64,000 bases of DNA. Origin: Candidatus Gottesmanbacteria bacterium GW2011_GWA2_43_14. Its GTDB lineage: Bacteria > Patescibacteriota > Microgenomatia > 2-02-FULL-39-11. The stretch is taken from the NCBI GenBank assembly GCA_000999095.1, contig LCFP01000012.1:68140-132139 (forward strand), written 5' to 3'. The position numbers and the translations under genes were made by a program. The notes under the pieces were generated by a model. That model worked only from the letters and a program-made list of their open reading frames with translations. It was not told the DNA's origin and did not search any database. This document shows positions 37,809-46,482 of this stretch, in pieces; positions within the stretch are counted from its first letter, which is position 1; each line of letters begins with the position of its first letter.

Positions 37809-38972
37809 ATGAAAAAATACTTCCTCCTTTTTTTCCTGTTGCTTCTTCTTCCCCTGAAAGCAGTATTCGCCCAATCTGACGGCAGTCAGAATAATAACGA
37901 AATGAAAGTTTTCCGCATCGAAAGCGATGAGGTAATCGATCACGATGTCTTTGCCGCCGCCGAACGGGTCGATATCGAAGGCACGGTCAACGGCGATGTC
38001 TACGCGGCAGGAGGGCAGGTTTATGTCGGAGGAACTATAACAGGCGATCTTCTGGTTGCGGCCGGGCAGATAAACATCACAGGCGATATCGGCCAGAATC
38101 TGAGACTGGTCGGCGGCAACGTGACCATAAACGGCAATGTCGGACGCAATGTTTCTCTGGCTGCCGGGAATGTGGATATCACCGGTGAAGGAGAAATCAC
38201 CGGCGGCCTGGCAGCTGCTTTCGGCAATCTGAATCTGACCTCACCTGTCGGAAAATACCTCAAAGTTGCCGGCGGCAATCTGACGGTAGCCAACAGAGTC
38301 GGCGGTGATGTGGAAGCCGCCATTGGTGTCATGAGGCTTACCCCCAATGCCCAGATAGACGGAAACTTAACCTATTGGAGTGACAACCGGTCGTCACTTG
38401 ACGAGTCCCGGGTTGCCGGACAGGTGTATTTCAACCGGACTGATATGCCGGCCCGGGGCAGAGTCAGGGATGCCGTCGGACGTGTCGGCGGGGCCATGTC
38501 TGTCGGCAGCTTCATCTTTACCTTTATTTTGGGACTTGTCTTTTTGTGGCTCTTCCCCAAATTCACGCGAAAAACGGTCGGCGTCCTGCGGGAACAGCCG
38601 ATGAAGTCCTTTTTATGGGGAATAGCGACTTTATTTATTTTTATCTTCGTTTTCATCGTTCTGGCCGTGACCATTCTCGGCATACCCCTGGCATTGCTGT
38701 TGGCTTTTCTCTACGGGTTTGCCTCGTATATTTTCCGCATCCCGGTCATCTATTTCGCCGGCTCCTGGCTGATGCAGAGGTTCGGTGATGAGGAAAGGGA
38801 AATCCTCTCCTTGACGGCAGGGCTTATCATTTACTGGATACTGATACTTCTGCCTGTCAGGATGCTAGCGACTTTGGTTGTCACTTTTATGGGATTGGGC
38901 GCGGCTTTTCTGGCCTTCAGGAAAAAGCAGCCGGCGGCTTCGGCAACTGCCCGGGGACGGAAAAAAGCTTGA
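37809..38972 (+). CDS. secreted beta-helix repeat protein (bactofilin-like / polymer-forming repeats) with C-terminal TM segments
   Basis: Signal peptide MKKYFLLFFLLLLLPLKAVFA. Repeats GDVYAAGGQVYVGGTITGDLLVAAGQINITGDIGQNLRLVGGNVTINGNVGRNVSLAAGNVDITG. Three C-terminal TM helices. The track start at 37773 lies upstream of the signal-peptide Met. Confidence 0.45.
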   Translation: MKKYFLLFFLLLLLPLKAVFAQSDGSQNNNEMKVFRIESDEVIDHDVFAAAERVDIEGTVNGDVYAAGGQVYVGGTITGDLLVAAGQINITGDIGQNLRLVGGNVTINGNVGRNVSLAAGNVDITGEGEITGGLAAAFGNLNLTSPVGKYLKVAGGNLTVANRVGGDVEAAIGVMRLTPNAQIDGNLTYWSDNRSSLDESRVAGQVYFNRTDMPARGRVRDAVGRVGGAMSVGSFIFTFILGLVFLWLFPKFTRKTVGVLREQPMKSFLWGIATLFIFIFVFIVLAVTILGIPLALLLAFLYGFASYIFRIPVIYFAGSWLMQRFGDEEREILSLTAGLIIYWILILLPVRMLATLVVTFMGLGAAFLAFRKKQPAASATARGRKKA

Positions 38973-39006
38973 AAAAACGGTAGTCATCTGTTATATATAA
39001 ATAATT

Positions 39007-39090
39007 ATGACGGCGCGTCACGGTAACGAAATTAATATCCTCTCAATTATTGTCCTTGTCATTGGACAGGGCAAAATGCGGGAGGCCTGA
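39007..39090 (+). CDS. ilvL: ilv operon leader peptide (27 aa: MTARHGNEINILSIIVLVIGQGKMREA)
   Basis: Small ORF in the 170-nt ilvD leader. It is rich in Ile/Leu/Val codons (ATC CTC TCA ATT ATT GTC CTT GTC ATT) and is followed by an antiterminator/terminator arrangement. No obvious SD. Confidence 0.55.
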   Translation: MTARHGNEINILSIIVLVIGQGKMREA

Positions 39091-39118
39091 AAAGCAAAAA
39101 ATTTTTAATTTAAAAAAA

Positions 39119-39150
39119 GCCTCTCAAAACAGAGAGGTTTTTTGGTTTTT
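39119..39150 (+). terminator. attenuator terminator of the ilv operon (GCCTCTC-AAAACA-GAGAGGC plus TTTTTTGGTTTTT)
   Basis: Hairpin directly abutting the ilvD start. Its 5' arm can alternatively pair with GGGAGGC (39080-39086), which overlaps the leader peptide stop. The 3' arm GAGAGG doubles as the SD for the TTG at 39142. Confidence 0.6.
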
Positions 39151-40869
39151 ATGAAGAAAAAAAGCCTTAAATGGAGAAGCGGGCTTCTGACGGGAACAGC
39201 CGGTGGCAGCGACTGGGTCAAAAGGGCGGCCGCCAGGGCTATGCTTCGCGCGGTCAATTTCCGGGATGAGGATTTTCTGAAACCGATTGTCACGGTCGCC
39301 TGTCCTTTTACCAACGCCACTCCCTGCAATGCCCATCTTCTCACTTTGGGTGAAACCGTAAGCTTGGAAATCGAAAAACAGGGCGGCAAACCTTTTTTGT
39401 TCGGAACTCCCGTTATTACCGACGGCGAATCGATGGGTATGGAAGGCATGAAGTATTCCCTGGTTTCCCGCGACCTGATTGCCGACTGCATCGAATCAAT
39501 GCACGAATCCTACCAAGCCGACGGCTTAATCGCCCTTTGCGGCTGCGACAAAACCATACCGGCCGCCGCCATGGGACTGGCCCGCAACAATTCAATCGGC
39601 CTGGTTCTTTACGGAGGCAGCATATTGCCGGGACGGCTCAACGGCAAAGACCTGACCGTGGTCTCCATTTTCGAAGCCATCGGATCCAAAAGCGCCGGAA
39701 AAATGACCGATAAGGATTTCCATGATGTAGAATGCGCCTCCTGTCCGGGAAACGGGGCCTGCGGAGGGATGTATACCGCCAATACCATGGCTTCCGCCCT
39801 CGAGGTTTTGGGCATCAGCCTGCCTTATTCCTCTTCAAACCTGGCCGTTGATAGCCAAAACAGACTTTCCCGGGACAAGCTGGCCGATTGCCGCAAAAGC
39901 GCGGAGGCTTTGTTCCTGCTTCTGGAAAAAGGCATCCGGGCCAGGGATATTTTGACCGGGAAAGCTTTTGAAAACGCCGTCACTTTTGTTCTGGCCATCG
40001 GCGGCTCGACCAATGCTGTTTTGCATTTGCTGGCCATTGCCCGTGAGGCCGGCGTCAAACTGGACCTTTCTGATTTTTCCAAATTAGCTGAAAAAGTGCC
40101 CCTGATCGGCAATTTCAAACCGTTCGGCAAATATGTCATGGAAGATCTGCATAAAATCGGCGGCGTGCCCATGGTCATGAAAATGCTTTTTGAGAAAGGC
40201 CTTCTCAACGGCAGCTGTCTGACGGTCACAGGCAAAACTGTGGCCGAAAATTTAAAGGAAACGGGCAAGCGTCCTGCCGGCCAGGATGTGGTTTATAGCC
40301 TGGAAAAACCCCTGGCAGCCAAAAACTGCCATATCCGCATTCTTTACGGCAGTCTTGCCCCCGAAGGCGCTGTTATCAAGCTGGCGGGATCGGGGATAAC
40401 CCGGCACCGCGGCCCGGCGCGTGTTTTTGATCAGGAAGAATCAGCCCTGGAGGCGATTTTGGCAGGTAAAATAAAAAAAGGCGAGTGTCTTATCATCCGC
40501 TACGAAGGACCCAAAGGCGGTCCGGGCATGCGCGAAATGCTCTCTCCTTCATCCGCTTTAATGGGGGCGGGACTAGGCAGAGAGGTGGCCCTTCTTACCG
40601 ACGGCCGTTTTTCCGGAGGCACACACGGTATCATGGTCGGGCATATTTCGCCTGAAGCCGTAGACGGAGGATTGATTGCCTTGGTCAGGGACGGGGACAT
40701 CATAAATATTGACGCTGACAGCCGGACAGTTGATCTGGAGGTGGCGCAAAGCGAAATTAAAAAAAGGAAGGCTGCCTGGAAAAAGCCGAAAGCAAAATAC
40801 CCGCGGGGCGTGTTGGCCAAGTATGCCAGATTAGTCGGCAGCGCCTCGGAGGGAGCCGTCACCAGCTAG
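39142..40869 (+). CDS. ilvD: dihydroxy-acid dehydratase
   Basis: ALCGCDKTIPAAAMGLARNNSIGLVLYGGSILPG and the C-terminal GGPGMREML ... TDGRFSGGTHG motifs. Start is either TTG at 39142 or ATG at 39151. Confidence 0.9.
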   Translation: MVFMKKKSLKWRSGLLTGTAGGSDWVKRAAARAMLRAVNFRDEDFLKPIVTVACPFTNATPCNAHLLTLGETVSLEIEKQGGKPFLFGTPVITDGESMGMEGMKYSLVSRDLIADCIESMHESYQADGLIALCGCDKTIPAAAMGLARNNSIGLVLYGGSILPGRLNGKDLTVVSIFEAIGSKSAGKMTDKDFHDVECASCPGNGACGGMYTANTMASALEVLGISLPYSSSNLAVDSQNRLSRDKLADCRKSAEALFLLLEKGIRARDILTGKAFENAVTFVLAIGGSTNAVLHLLAIAREAGVKLDLSDFSKLAEKVPLIGNFKPFGKYVMEDLHKIGGVPMVMKMLFEKGLLNGSCLTVTGKTVAENLKETGKRPAGQDVVYSLEKPLAAKNCHIRILYGSLAPEGAVIKLAGSGITRHRGPARVFDQEESALEAILAGKIKKGECLIIRYEGPKGGPGMREMLSPSSALMGAGLGREVALLTDGRFSGGTHGIMVGHISPEAVDGGLIALVRDGDIINIDADSRTVDLEVAQSEIKKRKAAWKKPKAKYPRGVLAKYARLVGSASEGAVTS

Positions 40870-40900
40870 TCCATATCACACCGGGTGTGATATAGCTAGA
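40864..40900 (+). repeat. perfect palindromic hairpin (ATATCACACC-GG-GTGTGATAT, flanked by CTAG...CTAG) between ilvD and ilvB
   Basis: Inverted repeat with no T-run, overlapping the ilvD stop. Shares the ACACC...GGTGT core with the repeats at 47431 and 58745. Confidence 0.5.
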
Positions 40901-40923
40901 CACATCCGGGATTTATTAAAAAT

Positions 40924-42645
40924 ATGAAAACAAGATTAAAACAGGGACAAAAGGTCCAGGGGGCGGAAATTATCTGCGAATGCCTGCTCAGGGCAGGGGT
41001 AACTGTTATCTTCGGCTATCCGGGAGGGGCCAATATCCCGATTTATGACGCTTTGTATAAATATCCCGAGTTGAGGCATATATTGGTCCGTCATGAACAG
41101 GGAGCAGCCCATGCAGCCGAAGGCTATGCCTGGGCGACCGGCCGGCCGGGTGTTTGTTTTGCCACTTCAGGTCCCGGTGCCACCAACCTGATTACCGGAT
41201 TGGCCGATGCCATGCTCGATTCCATCCCCATGGTTTGTATCACAGGACAGGTGCCTTCGCCTCTGTTGGGTTCGGATGCCTTTCAGGAAGCGGATATATT
41301 GGGCATGACTTTGCCTGTCACCAAACACAATTATCTGGTAACCAGGGCCGATGATATTGCCGATGTTTTTGCCGAGGCATTTTATCTGGCTGTTGCCGGC
41401 CGTCCCGGACCCGTCCTTATCGATATCACCAAAGATGCCCAGGTCGATTATGCCGAATTCCGTTACAAAGAAAACCGGGACAGGCTCAAAAAGAGGTTGA
41501 AGCTTGAAGCGACAGAAGAAGAAATCGGACAGATATCCTCGCTTTTAAATGAAGCTTTGCGGCCGCTGATTGTGGCCGGCCACGGAATTTTGCTGTCCGG
41601 AGATGGGAAAACACTTTTAAGCGTGGCCGAAAAACAGGATATCCCCGTCACCCTGACGCAATTGGGGCTGTCGGCCATCCCCCACGACCACAGGCTTTTT
41701 ATGGGCATGCCGGGCATGCACGGCAATGTGGCTGCCAACCGGGCGCCTTTGGAGACGGATGTCCTTCTGGCTGTCGGCATGCGCTTTCATGACAGGGTGA
41801 CCAGTAAAGTATCGGCCTACGCGCCCCAGGCCAAGATCATCCATATCGACATCGATCCGTCGGAAATCGGCAAAAACGTCATGCCGCATTTAGGGGTTGT
41901 CGGGGATGCCAAAGCGGTTTTGGGTCAGCTTTTGCCTAAATTGAAATCCCGCAAAAATCCCGGCTGGCTGAAAAAATTTGAAGCCTGGAAAAGTGAAGAA
42001 CAAAAAAAAGTTTTTACCAGGGAATTGTTAAGCCCGAAACTCAAATCCGCCCAGGTGATAGATGAAATTGCCAGGCAGACAGGTTTTCAGGCGACCATTG
42101 TGGCGGATGTGGGTCAGAACCAAATGTATGCCGCCCGTTATTACCAATACCGGAAATACAATACCCATTTCACCTCAGGCGGACTTGGCACCATGGGTTT
42201 TGCCCTGCCGGCCGGCATGGGGGCCAAACTGGGCGATCCCGGGAGGGAAGTGTGGATTGTTATCGGAGATGGCGGCATCCAGATGACTTTGCAGGAACTG
42301 GCCACCATCGTCCAGGAAAAAACGGAGGTAAAAATTGCCCTTTTGAACAATAATTATCTGGGGATGGTCCGGCAGTGGCAGGAATTGTTTTATAAGGGCA
42401 ATTATTCGGAAGTGAAGCTTAAAAACCCAAATTTTCAAAAGCTTTGTGAAGGATTCGGCATCAGCTCTCTCAAGGCTGAAAATCTTAAGGAGACCAAAGA
42501 AGCGATAAATATTGCCAGAAAATCCCAAGGTCCCTTTTTAATCGAGTTCACGGTCGAGGCCGAGGAAAATGTTTTTCCCATGATCCCGGCCGGGGCGGGC
42601 ATCGGCGAAATGGTCGTAAGTTTGGAGGAGTTGAGTAAAAAATGA
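40924..42645 (+). CDS. ilvB: acetolactate synthase (acetohydroxy-acid synthase) large subunit
   Basis: ThDP-enzyme motifs (GYPGGANIPIYDALY ... GDGGIQMTLQEL). 573 aa. Overlaps ilvN with ATGA. Confidence 0.9.
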   Translation: MKTRLKQGQKVQGAEIICECLLRAGVTVIFGYPGGANIPIYDALYKYPELRHILVRHEQGAAHAAEGYAWATGRPGVCFATSGPGATNLITGLADAMLDSIPMVCITGQVPSPLLGSDAFQEADILGMTLPVTKHNYLVTRADDIADVFAEAFYLAVAGRPGPVLIDITKDAQVDYAEFRYKENRDRLKKRLKLEATEEEIGQISSLLNEALRPLIVAGHGILLSGDGKTLLSVAEKQDIPVTLTQLGLSAIPHDHRLFMGMPGMHGNVAANRAPLETDVLLAVGMRFHDRVTSKVSAYAPQAKIIHIDIDPSEIGKNVMPHLGVVGDAKAVLGQLLPKLKSRKNPGWLKKFEAWKSEEQKKVFTRELLSPKLKSAQVIDEIARQTGFQATIVADVGQNQMYAARYYQYRKYNTHFTSGGLGTMGFALPAGMGAKLGDPGREVWIVIGDGGIQMTLQELATIVQEKTEVKIALLNNNYLGMVRQWQELFYKGNYSEVKLKNPNFQKLCEGFGISSLKAENLKETKEAINIARKSQGPFLIEFTVEAEENVFPMIPAGAGIGEMVVSLEELSKK

Positions 42646-43124
42646 CCAGGCAATTATCCAATATCATTATATGGGCGGAAAACAAAACAGGCGTCTTTTT
42701 CCGCATCCTCTGGCTTTTCAGGCGCAAGCAGTTCAATATCGAATCGGCAACTGTGGGACATTCGGAAACTCCGGGAATTACCAGGTTTACCATAACCGTT
42801 GCCGGCAACGAAAACCAGATTGCCAATATGGTGAAGCAGATCACCAAACTGGTCAATGTGATCAAGGCAGAAACCGTAGCAACGGATATGCTCGTTTACA
42901 GGGAATTGGCTTTGATGAAAGTGGCCGTTAAAAATTCCCGCGAAAAAGGCGATATTTTGAGGGTTATCGAGCATTTCCGCGGCCGGGCTATCAACATGGC
43001 CAAAAATACCGTGACTATCGAAGTCACCGGGGATGAAAACAAGATTGACGCCTTTTACGAAAACATGAAGGATTTTGCCGTTTTAGAATTTGTCCGCACA
43101 GGAAGAACGGCCTTGTTTAAATAA
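42642..43124 (+). CDS. ilvN: acetolactate synthase small (regulatory) subunit
   Basis: ACT domain (IIIWAENKTGVFFRILWLFRRKQFNIESATVGHSE) plus ALS_ss_C. 160 aa. Confidence 0.85.
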   Translation: MTRQLSNIIIWAENKTGVFFRILWLFRRKQFNIESATVGHSETPGITRFTITVAGNENQIANMVKQITKLVNVIKAETVATDMLVYRELALMKVAVKNSREKGDILRVIEHFRGRAINMAKNTVTIEVTGDENKIDAFYENMKDFAVLEFVRTGRTALFK

Positions 43125-43145
43125 ATTTAGAAAGGAGCACTACTT

Positions 43146-44213
43146 ATGTCAAAAATGAAATTCGGAGACACGCAGGAAACAGTGGTTACCAGGGAGGAGT
43201 TTCCCTTAAGCCGCGCCAGAAAAGTCCTTAAAAATGAGACAATTGCCGTCATCGGTTACGGCGTCCAGGGGCCGGCCCAGGCGCTGAATCTCAGGGACAA
43301 CGGATTTAAAGTCATCGTCGGCCAGAGAAAACCGTCACCTTCATGGAACAAGGCTCTCAAGGACGGCTGGAAGCCGGGCAAAGACCTTTTTTCCATTGAA
43401 GAGGCCTGTAAAAAAGGGACCGTTGTAGCCTATCTGTTGTCCGATGCCGGACAGGTAACTTTATGGCCGGCTGTCAAAAAATATCTGACGGAAGGCAAAG
43501 CTCTTTATTTTTCCCACGGCTTTGCCGTTACCTACCGCAAACAAACCGCCGTCGTGCCCCCGAAAAATATCGACGTTCTATTGGTGGCTCCCAAAGGCGC
43601 CGGCCGCAGTGTCAGAAGGAATTTCCTCTCCGGCTCCGGCATCAATTCCAGTTATGCCGTTTTTCAGGATGCCTCGGGCAAAGCAGGCGACCGGGTTAAA
43701 GCAATAGGGATGGGGATAGGATCAGGCTTTTTGTTCGAAACGACTATTGAAAAGGAAGTATACTCCGATTTGACCGGCGAACGGGGGGTTCTGATGGGAG
43801 CCATCGCCGGCATTATGGAAGCCCAGTACAATGAGCTTCGCAGGCGTGGCCATACGCCGAGCGAAGCCTTCAATGAAACAGTCGAGGAAGCCACCCAGTC
43901 TTTGATCCCCCTGATCGGCGAAAACGGCATGGATTGGATGTTTGCCAACTGCTCGACAACCGCCCAAAGAGGCGCTTTGGACTGGAAAGGCAAATTCCGC
44001 CAAGCCGTCGAGCCTGTTTTCAGGCAGTTATATACTTCGGTCAAAAAAGGCGAAGAAACGAAAAGGGTCCTTAAATCCAATTCCAGTCCCGATTATAAAA
44101 AGAATCTGCGCCGGGAGCTGGACTTGATTAAAAACAGCGAGATGTGGCGGGTAGGCGCCAAGGTCAGGAGCTTAAGGCCGGAAAAAATAATATTGGTCAA
44201 AGGCAAAAAATGA
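43146..44213 (+). CDS. ilvC: ketol-acid reductoisomerase
   Basis: IAVIGYGVQGPAQALNLRDNGFKVIVGQR (NADPH-binding). 355 aa. SD AAAGGAG upstream. Confidence 0.9.
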   Translation: MSKMKFGDTQETVVTREEFPLSRARKVLKNETIAVIGYGVQGPAQALNLRDNGFKVIVGQRKPSPSWNKALKDGWKPGKDLFSIEEACKKGTVVAYLLSDAGQVTLWPAVKKYLTEGKALYFSHGFAVTYRKQTAVVPPKNIDVLLVAPKGAGRSVRRNFLSGSGINSSYAVFQDASGKAGDRVKAIGMGIGSGFLFETTIEKEVYSDLTGERGVLMGAIAGIMEAQYNELRRRGHTPSEAFNETVEEATQSLIPLIGENGMDWMFANCSTTAQRGALDWKGKFRQAVEPVFRQLYTSVKKGEETKRVLKSNSSPDYKKNLRRELDLIKNSEMWRVGAKVRSLRPEKIILVKGKK

Positions 44214-46057
44214 GCACCAACGGTTTTTACCATATCAGCTGTTTTATCTGCTCCAAAGTCTGGGATGAAAAGGTAAACACGACCGTCTGCAGCTGCGGCG
44301 GGCCTTTGGACATTGTTTACGATTACGACCAGCTGGCCGGTTTGAATACCTATCTTCTGCGCAACGCTCCGCCGAAGGTGATCAAGTATCTGGACTTCTT
44401 TCCCCTAAAAGAAAGAAAAGCACTGGTGAGTTTGGATGAGGGAGCCACCCAGCTTCATAAAGCGGAAAACCTCGGCAAACGATTATCACTGCCGAAACTT
44501 TACATCAAAAACGAGGGCTTGAATCCGACCGGCGCCTTCAAGGACCGGGGTTCATTTGTCGAGATCAACAAAGCCAAAGAGCTCGGCTTTGCTAAAGTCT
44601 GTGTCGCTTCAACAGGCAACATGGCGGCATCCGTGGCAGCTTACAGCGCCCAGGCCGGATTGACCTGTTTTGTCTTTGTCCCGGAAAATACGCCCAGGGG
44701 AAAACTGGCCCAGGCCATTTCTTACGGTTCACATGTCATCCAGGTCAGGGGCACCTATTCGGATGCTTATGACTTGACGATGAAGGTAGCCGCCCATTAC
44801 CGCTATTATCTGGCGGGCGATTATGCCTTCCGGGGAGAGGGCCAGAAATCGCTGTCATACGAAGTCTGTGAGCAGTTGTGGTTTTCGCCGCCTGATTGGG
44901 TTTTGGTTCCGGCCGGTATGGGCACCAATCTTTCGTACATTTGGAAAGGATTCAAGGAGTATTACCGTTTGGGACTGATCCCCAAATTGCCCCATATGGT
45001 GGCAGTCCAGGCGGAAGGATCTGCCCCGATTGTTACTGCATTTGAGAAAAGGTCCAAACTCGTGCCTGTCGGAAAGCCCCAGACTGTCTGTTCCGCCATC
45101 GCCGTCGGCAATCCGATAGACGCGCCGAAAGTCTTTGCCGCACTCAAAGAGTCAAAGGGCCAGGCAATAGCAGTTTCGGATGACGAGACTTTAAAAGCCC
45201 AGCAGGAACTGGCCAAACTGGAAGCTCTGTATGTCGAGCCGTCCTCGGCAACCGTGATAGCTGCCCTGAAAAAACTTATAAAAAAAGGCCTGATAAAGGA
45301 AAGCGATACCGTGGTGGCTGTGGCAACCGGAGCCGGTCTCAAGGATCCCGCGACCACGCTGAAAGTCATTGCCGAGCCGCCATTGATCGAACCTGTTTTG
45401 TCCGAAGTGGAAAGGGTCATGGACAGCGATTTTTTAAGCTTGAGGGCAGGCAGTGTCGGAGAAAAAGAAAAGCTGATATTTGCCAAAGTCCCGGCTTTAC
45501 GGCAGGTGAAGGAGATAATCAAAAAGGAATTCAGCCTGAGCCTGGATGATGAAACAGTCAAAATCATCCGCAACGTCATTGCCAAATTCATAAACATCAA
45601 GGGCAAAAAGATCGTCAAAGCGGATTTGCAGTCGATTATCGAAACGGTTATTGCCGATGAACGCAGGCAAAAGACTTTGGAAGTAGTTGATTTCCATATC
45701 GAAACTTTCAAGAAAAAGAAGCCCATGGCAACAGTCACGGTTGATATTAAAGGCCGTAAGTATACGGAAACCAGTGACGGGGTAGGTCCTGTCGATGCCG
45801 CCATCCGCGCCATCACAGCAGCCATCCGCAAAAATGATGCGGTCAAATTCAGGCTGACCGATTTTGCCGTCGAGATTCCGACCACCGGTTCCGACGCTAC
45901 GGTTGAAGCAACGATGGTCCTTCAGGATGAACACGGCACCCAGGTAGTGGAAAAGGGGACCTCTCCGGATATTATCGTCGCCTCTATCGAAGCCTATGAA
46001 AAGGGGTATAATGAACTTGTTTATCAAAGATCCAAAAACGGAAAGGATAAAAAATGA
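44210..46057 (+). CDS. threonine-synthase-fold PLP enzyme fused to a LeuA/CimA-type allosteric regulatory domain (putative threonine deaminase/synthase-like enzyme of the ilv operon)
   Basis: N-terminal Cys4 ribbon (CFICSKVW ... CSCGG). PLP lysine motif NPTGAFKDRGS. Fold-type II core. C-terminal approx 150 aa matches the LeuA_dimer regulatory domain (SDGVGPVDAAIRAITAAI ... TGSDATVEATMVL ... DIIVASIEAYEKGYNEL). ATGA overlap with ilvC. ridA immediately downstream. Confidence 0.7.
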   Translation: MSTNGFYHISCFICSKVWDEKVNTTVCSCGGPLDIVYDYDQLAGLNTYLLRNAPPKVIKYLDFFPLKERKALVSLDEGATQLHKAENLGKRLSLPKLYIKNEGLNPTGAFKDRGSFVEINKAKELGFAKVCVASTGNMAASVAAYSAQAGLTCFVFVPENTPRGKLAQAISYGSHVIQVRGTYSDAYDLTMKVAAHYRYYLAGDYAFRGEGQKSLSYEVCEQLWFSPPDWVLVPAGMGTNLSYIWKGFKEYYRLGLIPKLPHMVAVQAEGSAPIVTAFEKRSKLVPVGKPQTVCSAIAVGNPIDAPKVFAALKESKGQAIAVSDDETLKAQQELAKLEALYVEPSSATVIAALKKLIKKGLIKESDTVVAVATGAGLKDPATTLKVIAEPPLIEPVLSEVERVMDSDFLSLRAGSVGEKEKLIFAKVPALRQVKEIIKKEFSLSLDDETVKIIRNVIAKFINIKGKKIVKADLQSIIETVIADERRQKTLEVVDFHIETFKKKKPMATVTVDIKGRKYTETSDGVGPVDAAIRAITAAIRKNDAVKFRLTDFAVEIPTTGSDATVEATMVLQDEHGTQVVEKGTSPDIIVASIEAYEKGYNELVYQRSKNGKDKK

Positions 46058-46479
46058 AAAAAGCAGTAGTGGCAGAGAAAAGTCCCAAAGCAGTCGGGCC
46101 TTATTCACAGGCAGTTAAAATCGGAGACCTGGTGTTTGTTTCGGGCCAGATCGGCATAGATCCGAAAACTGATGAGATGGTAAAAGGAGGCATCAATGTC
46201 CAGACGCACCAGACGTTGAAAAATCTGGATGAGGTCCTGAAAGCAGCCGGTACGGGACAGGAAAATGTCCTAAAGGTAACCGTCTATCTGGCGAATATGG
46301 CTGATTTTCCGGTGATGAACGGAATTTACGGCAAATTTTTCAGGGAGCCTTATCCGGCCAGGGCTACAGTCCAGGTTGTCAAACTGCCGAAGGATGCCCT
46401 GATAGAGATAGAATGCATCGCTTATAAAAGTTTTCATCGTGATGATAATGAAGGTTCAGGCTGCTGCGGCAAGTGTTGA
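46054..46479 (+). CDS. ridA: RidA family reactive enamine/imine deaminase (YjgF/TdcF) with an unusual Cys-rich C-terminal tail
   Basis: VGPYSQAVKIGDLVFVSGQIG ... PARATVQVVKLPKDALIEIECIA. Tail SFHRDDNEGSGCCGKC. Confidence 0.8.
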   Translation: MKKAVVAEKSPKAVGPYSQAVKIGDLVFVSGQIGIDPKTDEMVKGGINVQTHQTLKNLDEVLKAAGTGQENVLKVTVYLANMADFPVMNGIYGKFFREPYPARATVQVVKLPKDALIEIECIAYKSFHRDDNEGSGCCGKC

Positions 46480-46482
46480 AAA

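Noticed and set aside
39142-39153. Whether the ilvD start is the ATG at 39151 rather than the TTG at 39142
   Set aside because: - Not resolved.
- TTG has ideal SD spacing to GAGAGG.
- ATG gives a conventional MKKKSLKW N-terminus.
- The feature is reported from 39142 with this caveat.
44962-46108. Long antisense ORFs (307 aa and 203 aa, - strand) inside the ThrC-like gene and ridA
   Set aside because: - They are fully overlapped by + strand genes with strong family signatures.
- GC-rich coding sequence commonly leaves open antisense frames.
- No SD or start context.
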